This document shows positions 17,055 to 25,914 of a DNA stretch of 64,000 nt, one piece after another (position 1 is the first letter of the stretch; each line of letters opens with the position of its first letter). The notes under the pieces are model-generated. The model was not told the DNA's origin. It made no database searches and saw only the letters and a list, made by a program, of their open reading frames with translations. A program made the position numbers and the translations under genes. This stretch comes from Bacteroidota bacterium (GTDB taxonomy: Bacteria; Bacteroidota; Bacteroidia; Bacteroidales; CG2-30-32-10), in contig JACAAW010000005.1 of the NCBI GenBank assembly GCA_013377115.1, forward strand, positions 1,744 to 65,743, in the 5' to 3' direction.

Positions 17055-19094
17055 ATGCGTAATTTATTATTATCATTGGCTTTTATTTTTATTGGCATAA
17101 ATTCTTTTTCGGCCACATTATGGTCGCAAGATTTTACTGCTGTTCCTGCTAATTTCTATGCAAACTTTGGAATGACCAGAAATGCTGGTTCTACTTATTC
17201 TTGTGCATTTGCAAATAATGTATATTATACTTCTTCCTCTAATGCCTATGTCGAAACCAATACCATTAATGTAGCACAAGGAAAGGGGATTCGTTTATCA
17301 TTAGATTCCCGCAGAGTTAATGCCTCGGCTGGAACTATCGAAGTTTATTATTTAGTTACTGGGGCTTGTTCATGGGATCGATTAAATCCAAATAACAATG
17401 GCTGGGTTTTGTGGGGAAGCATTACACCAAATACTTCTGCTGCTGCCAATAGCGGTTGCACTGCACAAACTCTAAATCTCGAAAGCCATGTGGCTGGAGG
17501 ACAAAATATTGCAGTCCTTCTTTATTTTCCATCAGCAACATCTGGCAATTGGATTTCCATTGATAATTTGGTTATTGATGATTTAGGCCTCACAACAGTG
17601 CCTGTTCCGAATATTGTTGGTGCTACAAGCTATACCGAAAATTTCACAACAAATAAATGGTATGGCCCTGTTACTACAGGATTTAATTATTCCACAACCG
17701 GTATTCAAATTCCATATCATTCTTATAAAAGTTCTTCTTCAGCCTATACTTATTTATGGAATGGTGGCTCTAATGGAACTGCAAATCATTCTGGCGTTTT
17801 TGCTGATTATTATGCTGCCTTTTATACCGGCTTCGAATTTTGTGGAGCAGGAGCTTCATCTCAGATAATTACCAAAGAATTAAATACTTCTGCCTGTGCT
17901 GCCGCAGAAATCAAATTTGCTTATATGGCAAAGTATCCGTGCACCGCTGGAAATTATGCCTATACTTTTGACGAATCTTATGATTTGAACGCTCCAGATT
18001 TATATACCAGCATTGGGCAAGGCTATACCTGGGTTCAGCAACCTGTAAATTATTATTTCCCTGATGGTTTATGGCATTTTGCCAGTTATTCTGTGCCTTC
18101 AGCCTCTAATATAAAAATCCGACTCTCCAGAGGTGGTTCTTGCTCCAGTCCTGTAGAAGGTGTCGATAATTTGAAAGTATTTTGTCGGAATTGTATAATC
18201 AGTTCAACCGTTGGTGGTGCAATTACTGGAGAAGCAAGTCCTGCCGCGAATATTGATTATAATTATTCCATTGATCCAAGTCCTACACCGCTTGCAACTT
18301 ATTATAAATGGATGATCAGGGATTTAGATGCAACACCTCCTGTTATTTTTGAAGCAGCCTGTCCAAATGGTACCAATCCTTGTATTGTTTCGGGACAAGG
18401 AACAATTAACGTTACCATAAATTTTGGTTCAAATCCCCTAAATCATCATTTCAGAGTTATGTGTATTCCATTTGATGCAGCTCCCGGAACTTTGGCTGCT
18501 CCAAGTGATGCTTGTTATGCTCAAATTAGCTATTTCCCAACAGTTTTGCCTTTGCCCGTAGAATTAAATAATTTCAAAATTGTTGATTTGGCCAACAATA
18601 ATATTCAATTGCAATGGCAAACTCTAAGCGAAACAAATAATAATTATTTTGATATTGAACAAAGTAAAGATGGTTTTGAATTCCAAAAAATTGGTAGTCT
18701 TAAAGGCGGTGGTAACAGCAACCAACTCCTCAATTATAAATTTAATGTTGAACACCTTTATTTTGGAAAAAACTATTTCCGACTTAAACAGGTTGATTTT
18801 GACGGAAAATTTACTTATTCTAAAATCCTTTCTGCCATCAACGAATCTCCACAGGAATTAATTTCAATTTCCTGTCAGAATGGAGCATTGAGCGTTTTTT
18901 CTGGTGCTGATGTTCTTTATCCTCTTGGATTTAATTTATATGATATTACTGGCAGATTGGTTCTTGCTGAAAAAAATATTCTTTTCATCGCTGGTGAATC
19001 TAAAACTTATTCAGTTCTTCAACTTCCAAAAGGAATTTATTTCATCCAATTGGAAGGCATTGGAGTAAATATTAAGCAGAAAATACTGCTTTAG
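17055..19094 (+). CDS. secreted surface protein: MAM/choice-of-anchor-like N-terminal beta-sandwich, conserved pre-CTD module, T9SS type A-like tail
   Basis: About 679 aa with signal peptide MRNLLLSLAFIFIGINSFSA. The pre-CTD module is LPVELNNFKIV...WQTLSETNNNYFDIEQSKDG...YFRLKQVDFDGKFTYS. The tail reads LYDITGRLV...LPKGIYFIQL. Confidence 0.75.
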   Translation: MRNLLLSLAFIFIGINSFSATLWSQDFTAVPANFYANFGMTRNAGSTYSCAFANNVYYTSSSNAYVETNTINVAQGKGIRLSLDSRRVNASAGTIEVYYLVTGACSWDRLNPNNNGWVLWGSITPNTSAAANSGCTAQTLNLESHVAGGQNIAVLLYFPSATSGNWISIDNLVIDDLGLTTVPVPNIVGATSYTENFTTNKWYGPVTTGFNYSTTGIQIPYHSYKSSSSAYTYLWNGGSNGTANHSGVFADYYAAFYTGFEFCGAGASSQIITKELNTSACAAAEIKFAYMAKYPCTAGNYAYTFDESYDLNAPDLYTSIGQGYTWVQQPVNYYFPDGLWHFASYSVPSASNIKIRLSRGGSCSSPVEGVDNLKVFCRNCIISSTVGGAITGEASPAANIDYNYSIDPSPTPLATYYKWMIRDLDATPPVIFEAACPNGTNPCIVSGQGTINVTINFGSNPLNHHFRVMCIPFDAAPGTLAAPSDACYAQISYFPTVLPLPVELNNFKIVDLANNNIQLQWQTLSETNNNYFDIEQSKDGFEFQKIGSLKGGGNSNQLLNYKFNVEHLYFGKNYFRLKQVDFDGKFTYSKILSAINESPQELISISCQNGALSVFSGADVLYPLGFNLYDITGRLVLAEKNILFIAGESKTYSVLQLPKGIYFIQLEGIGVNIKQKILL

Positions 19095-19125
19095 TTTCTT
19101 TACGCTTTATTTTAATTGATCCTTT

Positions 19126-20409
19126 ATGAAGAAAAACCTTTTTTTACTATTTTCTTTTATTATCCTATGTTTTAGTGGAAATGCCCAATGGATTTTAAAA
19201 AACTCAAATTCCCCCAAGAGATGGGTAAATAATCCGGGAATTGTCAATAATAAAGCCTATTTACTTAATGTTGGCGATAGCATTAAAGTCTGGGAATACG
19301 ATCCTGTTTCAAATATTTATACACAGAAAGCCTATTCAGGTTTAACTGCTGGATGGCAGGATTTATCTTTTACGATCAATAACCAGGTTTATTTGATTCA
19401 GGTGATGAATTTTGCAACCAGAATGTACGATGTGGCTTCAAATACTTGGGTGGCAAAAGACCAAACATCGAATAATCTTTTTTCGATATTTATGGGGCTA
19501 TTTCCGCCTGCAAATTATGGAATGGAATATAATGGAAGCCTATTTGCTTTTTCAATAAACAACAAAGGTTATTTTGGTGGTGTAACTTTGCTCGAGATGC
19601 CCGCTGCCACCGAAATAATTGCACCTTTCCTTTTTGAATACAATCCAATTACCGATACTTATTATCCAATTAATATTGGAAATTTGGGCGGAATGGCTTC
19701 CATATATAATATGTTAGGTGCAACAACATTTGAAATTGCAGGGAAAATTTATATTGTGGGTTCTGCCAGAAATCCAACCTTAATGAACCCCGGAAATGGT
19801 GTAGAAATCATTGAATTCAACCCTTCAAACAATTCGATGACGGCAAAAACTTCGTGTAATTGCGGACAATTAAACGGTTCGGCTTCTTTTGTTTTAAATG
19901 GACTTGGTTATGTGAATGCCAATAACGATTGTCCAGGAATTACTTCCCGAGAACCAATTTATACTTACAATCCTCTTACCGATTCATGGACCTATCAGGC
20001 AAATCTTCCAACCACTGACACCGCTTATATTAATACAGGATTTATTATTAATGGAAAAGGATATATTGGTGTTGGAACCAATTTAATTAATGGCTGCACC
20101 ACCACAACTTTTAATCCTAAATTATATGAATTTATTCCTGAAACAGTTTCTATTAATGAAAATTCAATGGACGAATTTTCTGTTTTCCCAAATCCAACTT
20201 CAAAATCGATAAACATAATTTTTCCCGAAAATGGATTAAAAAATAGAATTGAAATTTTCAATGCTGTTGGGGTTTTGCAATTTTCAAAAAATATCGATTT
20301 CAATCAGAACGAAATTGTAGTTGATTTGGAAGCTCTTCCCGCTGGAATGTATTTTATTCGTTGGTCGAATAGCATCGAGACCAAAAATATTCGAACTGTA
20401 AAAAACTAA
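19126..20409 (+). CDS. secreted Kelch-type beta-propeller protein with a T9SS type A sorting domain
   Basis: 427 aa with a signal peptide. About six blade-like repeats carry the pattern (I/V)NxK(A/G)Y (VNNKAYLL, INNQVYLI, INNKGYFGG, IAGKIYIVGS, LNGLGYV, INGKGYIGVG). The tail reads FSVFPNPTSKSINI...LPAGMYFIRW. Confidence 0.75.
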   Translation: MKKNLFLLFSFIILCFSGNAQWILKNSNSPKRWVNNPGIVNNKAYLLNVGDSIKVWEYDPVSNIYTQKAYSGLTAGWQDLSFTINNQVYLIQVMNFATRMYDVASNTWVAKDQTSNNLFSIFMGLFPPANYGMEYNGSLFAFSINNKGYFGGVTLLEMPAATEIIAPFLFEYNPITDTYYPINIGNLGGMASIYNMLGATTFEIAGKIYIVGSARNPTLMNPGNGVEIIEFNPSNNSMTAKTSCNCGQLNGSASFVLNGLGYVNANNDCPGITSREPIYTYNPLTDSWTYQANLPTTDTAYINTGFIINGKGYIGVGTNLINGCTTTTFNPKLYEFIPETVSINENSMDEFSVFPNPTSKSINIIFPENGLKNRIEIFNAVGVLQFSKNIDFNQNEIVVDLEALPAGMYFIRWSNSIETKNIRTVKN

Positions 20410-20756
20410 ATTAGCAAGTATTTTACCTCCAAAAAAATGAGGACTTCTACCTATTGCCATTCAATGGCATTATGTGGTAACTTAGTGTTGTTATTCATTA
20501 TACATTATCATGAAGTCCTTTATTCAAGACAAATATTATCTAATCATCTATATTCTATTGATTTCCACAATAGTGGTTTCTACTTTTTTGATACAATAAT
20601 TGTCAAAGAATCACGAGGTTTTTTCATCAGGATTTATTTTCCAATTTTTATTATTTATCAGCCATAGTATTTTTGCCTATTGTTTTTGGGTCTTTTTGCT
20701 TATTGTTTTGATTTTCCACTTTTTGTAATTTCCTTAAAAATTTACAATATTAATAT

Positions 20757-20846
20757 ATGAAGACATTGATGCATGACAGGATTTATTTAATCCTTTATTT
20801 GGTGATTATTATTGGTATTATTGCTGCCATTATGGTTTTTGAATAG
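20757..20846 (+). CDS. candidate 29-aa hydrophobic micro-protein (copy 1)
   Basis: The ATG..TAG ORF encodes MKTLMHDRIYLILYLVIIIGIIAAIMVFE. An in-frame TAA lies 2 codons upstream, so no longer form is possible. It is paralogous to 21092-21184. Expression is unproven. Confidence 0.4.
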   Translation: MKTLMHDRIYLILYLVIIIGIIAAIMVFE

Positions 20847-21091
20847 GATCTTATTTTTAAAAGAGTCATAATTTTTAAGCGTTTCCCCGAATAATAAAAT
20901 AGACTTCCAATAAAAAATGATCTTTTGTTTTTTTACTGAAAAGCTTTCATCATTTTTTTATGAGAAAGCAATTCAAATTATATTGCTCGAATAAAAATAT
21001 AGATAAAATACCTGCCAAAAAATGCGAAAAATTCGTATTGTGCACAGGTAAAAAAAGTGTTAATTTTAGAAAGAATTTAAAAAACATCGAT

Positions 21092-21184
21092 ATGAAATCA
21101 ATGATACTTGATAAAATTTATTTTATTATTTACATCATTTTATTTGTAGGAATTATTGCCGCAATTATGATATTTGATAAATAA
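21092..21184 (+). CDS. candidate 30-aa hydrophobic micro-protein (copy 2)
   Basis: Encodes MKSMILDKIYFIIYIILFVGIIAAIMIFDK, which is the C-terminal part of track ORF 20960-21184. It shares the pattern D(R/K)IY...GIIAAIM(V/I)F(E/D) with copy 1. Confidence 0.4.
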   Translation: MKSMILDKIYFIIYIILFVGIIAAIMIFDK

Positions 21185-21281
21185 AATTTTAGCTCCAAAA
21201 TGTCAAAAAAAATATTTTTAACTTCCTAAAAAGTATTATTTTCTAGGCGTATGGGCTGTGTTGTTTCCCTAATAAAAATTG

Positions 21282-21318
21282 AAATTTGCTTTGTAGGCAA
21301 ATTTTTTTTGTTTTTTTT
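21282..21318 (+). terminator. rho-independent terminator downstream of micro-ORF copy 2
   Basis: Stem AAATTTGC (21282-21289) pairs with GCAAATTT (21297-21304) around a 7-nt loop. It is followed by TTTTTGTTTTTTTT. Confidence 0.6.
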
Positions 21319-21835
21319 CAGAAAAACAGACATCAAAATGACCAAAAATTTCCTTAATAATTAAGTATTTACCCCTATTGTATAGTTTGGTCAAAAACTT
21401 TAAATTTGATTGTAAACAAATAAAAATCAGGCAAATAAAAAATTTGTGAATTTGTTAACAAATAATTCAAAAAATAGCAAAAATTTAACCTTAATTTAAT
21501 TGAAATTTGAAAATATACTATTATATTTGTAGTGTAGTTATCTTAAAGTTGTTGTAGTGAACTAATTATAGTTTTTGTTTGAAATAGATAATTAGGATTA
21601 ACGTTCTTTTGCAATCAGTGAGCACCCTACAAGAATCCAGAATATATGGAGAATCCGAAACCACTGAGTTTAATTATTTTAATTAAATCGGAATATATTT
21701 CATTTTACAATACCTATTGTTTTTGAAATAAAGATTAAAAAGACATATTTAGAAGTTGAACACCCTAGAAAAGTAATGCAATTACCTAGCATTATTGAGA
21801 CAACCGACTTCATAATCGATATAAAAATATTTATT

Positions 21836-24800
21836 ATGAAAAGATTTTTAAAAATTTTTACACTTTTTGTTTTTGTTTCCTTGAGCCTGAATGGGTGGGG
21901 GCAGACTCAATTAGTGCTTGATGATTTTGGTACAGTTGCGCAAAATCCAATTTCAAGAACTGGTTGGACGGCAAATGCTGCCTCAGGAACTGCTTGGGAA
22001 TTAAGAATCACCAGTCCGAGTTCAACATACAGTTGGGCGAGCCCTGTTGTTTCTGCATCTGGAGGTGCAAATGTTTTTACGAATTTAGGAACAAATTCAA
22101 ATACCAAACAGTTAACTTATAGTAATTCCATTTCCACAGTTGGATATTCTTCAATTAAAGTTAGATTTGGTGGTGTTAAAACAGGTACAGTTCCAAATTT
22201 GAACGTTCTTTATTCAACCGATGGTATTACTTATGTTAGTGCCGGTGCAGTTACGTTGACTACAACATGGGCTGCTTATGTTGTCAATTTGCCTGTTGCA
22301 GCTGAAGGAGTTGCAAATCTTAGAATTAGATTTGAAATAGTTGCTAATAGTGCAACTGCCAACTTTTTTAGAATTGATGATTTTCATATTATTGGCACAT
22401 CAGTTTCTCCAACCCTTACAGTGGCCCCAACTACTTTAACAGGCTTTACCTATGCTTTTGGTAGTGGTCCTTCGACTTCACAAAGTTATAATCTTTCTGG
22501 TACCTTTTTAACAGGTTTTCCTTCAAATATTTTGGTTACCGCTCCTGCGGATTATGAGGTTTCATTAGATAATATAACATTTACTGCAACGGTTAATGTG
22601 GCTTACGCTTCAGCTACACTTGCTGCTACACCTATTTACGTTAGACTTAAAGCAGGGTTAGCCGTTGGAACTTATAATGGAGAAATCGTTAGCAATGCCG
22701 GTGGTGGTGCAACAACTAAAAATGTAACAATAGATGGTAATGTAACAGCGGCAATTAAACCAGAACCTGCGGCATTTCCAACCTTATTTACTTGTGGGGT
22801 AACCACAACTTCAACAATTCCTCTAACATGGACGGATGCGAGTGCCGCTACTGCTCCTGATGGATATTTAATCAAATGGAGTTCTGTTTCTTATGCTGCT
22901 ATTGTCGATCCTATTGATGGAACAGCTGAAGCCAATGGAGCAACAACTCAAAATATTTTACAAGGGGTTCAAACTTATACAGCATCTGGTTTAACATCGA
23001 GCACTACTTATTTCTTTAAAATCTGGTCTTATACAAATGCAGGTGCAAGCATTAATTATAAATTAACTGGCGAGCCACAAACATCTTGCGCAACAACAGC
23101 CCCTGTAACTAGTGCATGTGGTACCGAAGGTTTTGCTGGTGGAACTGCTGCTCCTGCTGGATGGGTATTTAATTCTATAGGGGGAACTTATACAACTGCT
23201 ACTAATTATGGTGCAGCATCTCCTTCTTTGCAAATGAATGCCACAGGAGACGCAGTCACAACTGCAACAGTTACCAGCCCTGGTTTGCTTTCTTTTTGGA
23301 TTAAAGGACAAGGTACTGATGCAACATCTGCATTGCTTGTTGAAGGTTGGGATGGTTCGGCATGGGTAACCATTGATAATATTGTTCCAATACCTACAAC
23401 AGGGACAACAAAAACCTATAATTCGGGGCTTTCATTTTATACCATGTTTAGGTTTACCTATAATAGAACTGCTGGTAATCTGTCATTTGACGATGTAAAT
23501 GTTGTTTGTAACACTGCCACCATTACAACAGGTGCTGTTGCTGTAAGTCCATTTATTATTAGTTGTAATGTAACAGCTGCTGGAACAGTTGCATTTACAT
23601 CAACTGGAACATACACTGGAAATACTTATACTGCACAATTATCGGATCCAACTGGTAGTTTCACAGTGCCTACAAATATTGGAACATTGGTAAGTGATGC
23701 AAATACAGGAACGATTAATATTACCATTCCTGCAAATGCTGCCACAAGTCCATTATATCAAATTAGAGTTATAAGTAATAGCCCAATGGCAATTGGAACA
23801 GCTTCTGCAGCTTTTACAATTACTAATTCTGCACCATGTACCATCACTCCAGGTGCAATCACAGGAGCCCCATTTAGTGTTACCTGTGGCTCAAGTGCAG
23901 CAGGAACCATTGCTTTTACATCAACTGCAACCTACGCAGGAAATACTTATACCGTTTTATTATCAAATGCTTCAGGTAGTTTTGCAACTCCTTATACCAT
24001 CGGTACTTTAGTTAGCAATGCTAATTCTGGTGTCATTCCTATTACCATACCAGCTGGCATTCCTGCTGGTGCTGGATATTTAATCAGGATTATCTCAAAC
24101 AGCCCAGCTGTTGTGGGAGCTAGTACTGCCGCCATAACCATTAATAATGCTACCCCTTGCATAATTACACCAAATGTATTATCATCAGCACCATTTGCTG
24201 TAACTTGTCCTGCTGGGATAGCTGGAACACTTACTTTTACATCAAATGCAACCTATTCAGGAAATACCTATACTGCTCAATTATCTGATGCAAGCGGAAG
24301 TTTCGCCTCACCAGTTAATATTGGAACCTTGGTAAGTGATGCAAACTCTGGAACCATAAACTTAATTATTCCTGCAGGAACTCCTACAGGTGTAGCTTAT
24401 CAAATTAGAATTATTAGCAGCAGTCCACATGTAATTGGAAGTTCAACTGCAGCATTTACAATCAATTTAACTGGAGGTCCTTGTCCAACCACTTTCCAAA
24501 TAGAAAGCATTTTGGTTGATGCTTGTGATGGAGGCACTGGTTTAGAAGGAGTGAACGAAATGGTTCGTTTCCAAATTGGAACTACGGCTCAAAATACATC
24601 AAATCTAACGGTAAACTGGCCAAGTAATCCTTGGAAAGGGATCTGTCAGAATGCAACCACTGCTTCAGTTGTGGCTGCGATAAATACAACAATTACAGGT
24701 GGAGGAATGTTAGTCGAACCAGTTGGTGGTGTCTTGCCTGCGGGAGCTCAGGTAATGTTGTTTACAAATACTGGCTTTAACTATCCATTATTTGATTTTT

Positions 24801-25606
24801 CAGCATTGAATTACACCATTTATGCAATTTTCCAATGTCCAAATAATACTGCAGGGCATTTTGTTAATCACAGTTCAACGAATCCAACCAATAGAACCCT
24901 TACCATGAATTTCGCTGGAGCTCCTGGTGAAAGTGATGCAGTGACTTATAATGCCTATTTTGTTTATGCTGGTGATGGTGGTGCCGTTGAGTATGATGCT
25001 CCCGGAAATCCAACTTATGGTTCTGCGGGTGCTGGTTGTCAGGCTCCATTATTTCCTTTGCCAGTTGAATTAATTCAATTTACAGCAAAATACAATTCTG
25101 ATAAAGTTGATTTGGTATGGCAAACCGCTTCAGAAAAAAATAATGATTATTTCACTATTGAGAAATCGAGAGACGCTGAGGTTTTCCATGAACTCACTAC
25201 CGTTAATGGAGCTGGAAATAGCAATGTTATTTTACATTATGCAGCAACAGATAGAAACCCTTATAAAGGAATTTCATACTACCGATTAAAACAAACCGAT
25301 TTCGATGGTATGTTTACTTATAGCAATATTGTTAGTGTTGTTTCGGCTGGAGAAAATAATTTGTCATTTGCAGAGTTTATTGCAAGTCAGGAATCAATTT
25401 CTGCAACGATCAATTGTTCTGGAAATGAAAAATTAAATGTTATCATTACAGATGTTGCTGGTAGAATGATTTATTCTTCAGTTATTCAAGCTGAAAGCGA
25501 AGCAGTTAAAATCAATATTAACTCACAAAATTTGGCCAAAGGAATTTACCTTATGAAAATTGAAGGAAACAATGGTGGCATCTTTAAGAAATTTGGAATC
25601 CTTTAA
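21836..25606 (+). CDS. giant secreted surface protein: MAM/choice-of-anchor-like domains, 3 tandem ~107-aa repeats, possible lamin-tail-like segment, pre-CTD module, T9SS type A tail
   Basis: About 1256 aa from the internal ATG, with signal peptide MKRFLKIFTLFVFVSLSLNGWGQ. The pre-CTD module is LPVELIQFTAKY...WQTASEKNNDYFTIEKSRD...YYRLKQTDFDGMFTYS. The tail reads ITDVAGRMIY...LAKGIYLMKIEG. Confidence 0.8.
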   Translation: MKRFLKIFTLFVFVSLSLNGWGQTQLVLDDFGTVAQNPISRTGWTANAASGTAWELRITSPSSTYSWASPVVSASGGANVFTNLGTNSNTKQLTYSNSISTVGYSSIKVRFGGVKTGTVPNLNVLYSTDGITYVSAGAVTLTTTWAAYVVNLPVAAEGVANLRIRFEIVANSATANFFRIDDFHIIGTSVSPTLTVAPTTLTGFTYAFGSGPSTSQSYNLSGTFLTGFPSNILVTAPADYEVSLDNITFTATVNVAYASATLAATPIYVRLKAGLAVGTYNGEIVSNAGGGATTKNVTIDGNVTAAIKPEPAAFPTLFTCGVTTTSTIPLTWTDASAATAPDGYLIKWSSVSYAAIVDPIDGTAEANGATTQNILQGVQTYTASGLTSSTTYFFKIWSYTNAGASINYKLTGEPQTSCATTAPVTSACGTEGFAGGTAAPAGWVFNSIGGTYTTATNYGAASPSLQMNATGDAVTTATVTSPGLLSFWIKGQGTDATSALLVEGWDGSAWVTIDNIVPIPTTGTTKTYNSGLSFYTMFRFTYNRTAGNLSFDDVNVVCNTATITTGAVAVSPFIISCNVTAAGTVAFTSTGTYTGNTYTAQLSDPTGSFTVPTNIGTLVSDANTGTINITIPANAATSPLYQIRVISNSPMAIGTASAAFTITNSAPCTITPGAITGAPFSVTCGSSAAGTIAFTSTATYAGNTYTVLLSNASGSFATPYTIGTLVSNANSGVIPITIPAGIPAGAGYLIRIISNSPAVVGASTAAITINNATPCIITPNVLSSAPFAVTCPAGIAGTLTFTSNATYSGNTYTAQLSDASGSFASPVNIGTLVSDANSGTINLIIPAGTPTGVAYQIRIISSSPHVIGSSTAAFTINLTGGPCPTTFQIESILVDACDGGTGLEGVNEMVRFQIGTTAQNTSNLTVNWPSNPWKGICQNATTASVVAAINTTITGGGMLVEPVGGVLPAGAQVMLFTNTGFNYPLFDFSALNYTIYAIFQCPNNTAGHFVNHSSTNPTNRTLTMNFAGAPGESDAVTYNAYFVYAGDGGAVEYDAPGNPTYGSAGAGCQAPLFPLPVELIQFTAKYNSDKVDLVWQTASEKNNDYFTIEKSRDAEVFHELTTVNGAGNSNVILHYAATDRNPYKGISYYRLKQTDFDGMFTYSNIVSVVSAGENNLSFAEFIASQESISATINCSGNEKLNVIITDVAGRMIYSSVIQAESEAVKININSQNLAKGIYLMKIEGNNGGIFKKFGIL
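23519..24484 (+). repeat. three in-frame tandem coding repeats (321, 321 and 324 bp) inside the 21836 gene
   Basis: Units start near 23519, 23840 and 24161. Each encodes ...(T/I)IT(T/P)G...PF.(I/V).C...AGT(V/I/L).FTS..TY.GNTYT..LS(D/N).(T/S)GSF..P..IGTLVS(D/N)AN(T/S)G.I...IPA......Y.IR(V/I)IS(N/S)SP...G(T/A/S)(A/S)(S/T)AA(F/I)TI...(A/T/G)PC. Confidence 0.85.
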
Positions 25607-25623
25607 CCTATAAATCCTTATTT

Positions 25624-25658
25624 AAAAGCCCTGGTATATTTTTACTGGGGCTTTTTTT
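25624..25658 (+). terminator. rho-independent terminator after the 21836 gene
   Basis: A 13-bp stem, AAAAGCCCTGGTA pairing with TACTGGGGCTTTT (includes two G-U pairs), with a 6-nt loop and a T-run. Confidence 0.75.
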
Positions 25659-25687
25659 ATGTCTTCATTAAGGGAAACTGAGCGGCA

Positions 25688-25844
25688 CACTGAGCGTAGT
25701 CGAAGTGCCCCTAACGAAAATTATCGCTGATTCGAAGTTCTTATTAAAAAAGACCAGTTGTAGAGGCGGTTGCTGAGCTTGTCGAAGCACCAGTCTAAGC
25801 ACCGCTAAATTAACCACGTCCCTGGCACTTCGACAAGCTCAGTG
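25688..25844. repeat. GC-richer REP/MITE-like intergenic element with three copies of a ~21-nt motif
   Basis: CACTGAGCGTAGTCGAAGTGCC (25688-25709) and TGCTGAGCTTGTCGAAGCACC (25771-25791) are direct copies. GGCACTTCGACAAGCTCAGTG (25824-25844) is inverted. The last two can pair into a long hairpin. The element sits between convergent genes. Confidence 0.6.
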
Positions 25845-25914
25845 ACCAGATAATGAAAGTTTAGTTTTGTGGATTTGAAATCCGATCGAAAATATTAAAT
25901 AAACCCAAATGGCC

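Noticed and set aside
20437-20667. A 76-aa ORF in the gene-poor region after the Kelch-like gene.
   Set aside because: The composition is odd (His, Tyr, Phe, Ile-rich). It has no promoter box, no signal or TM logic and no paralogue, so it is likely a chance ORF in AT-rich DNA.
20960-21091. A longer 74-aa form of micro-ORF copy 2, with a Lys-rich N-terminal extension.
   Set aside because: Copy 1 cannot be extended because of an in-frame stop 2 codons upstream, and the similarity between the copies starts at the internal Met. The short form is more parsimonious, though the long form cannot be excluded.
21776-21835. Upstream start extensions proposed by the ORF track for several genes: 21776, 17022, 52207, 35742, 27207, 30729, 60356, 62778, 7882 and 11251.
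   Set aside because: In each case an internal ATG gives a canonical signal peptide or family-typical N-terminus. The extensions use TTG or GTG, overlap a neighbouring gene, or overlap a predicted -7 box.
21522-21835. A TATATTTG box about 300 nt upstream of the 21836 gene, suggesting a long structured 5' leader or riboswitch.
   Set aside because: The 8-mer is expected by chance roughly once per 1-2 kb per strand in DNA this AT-rich. Another match lies at 21401-21408. I could not fold a convincing conserved structure by eye.
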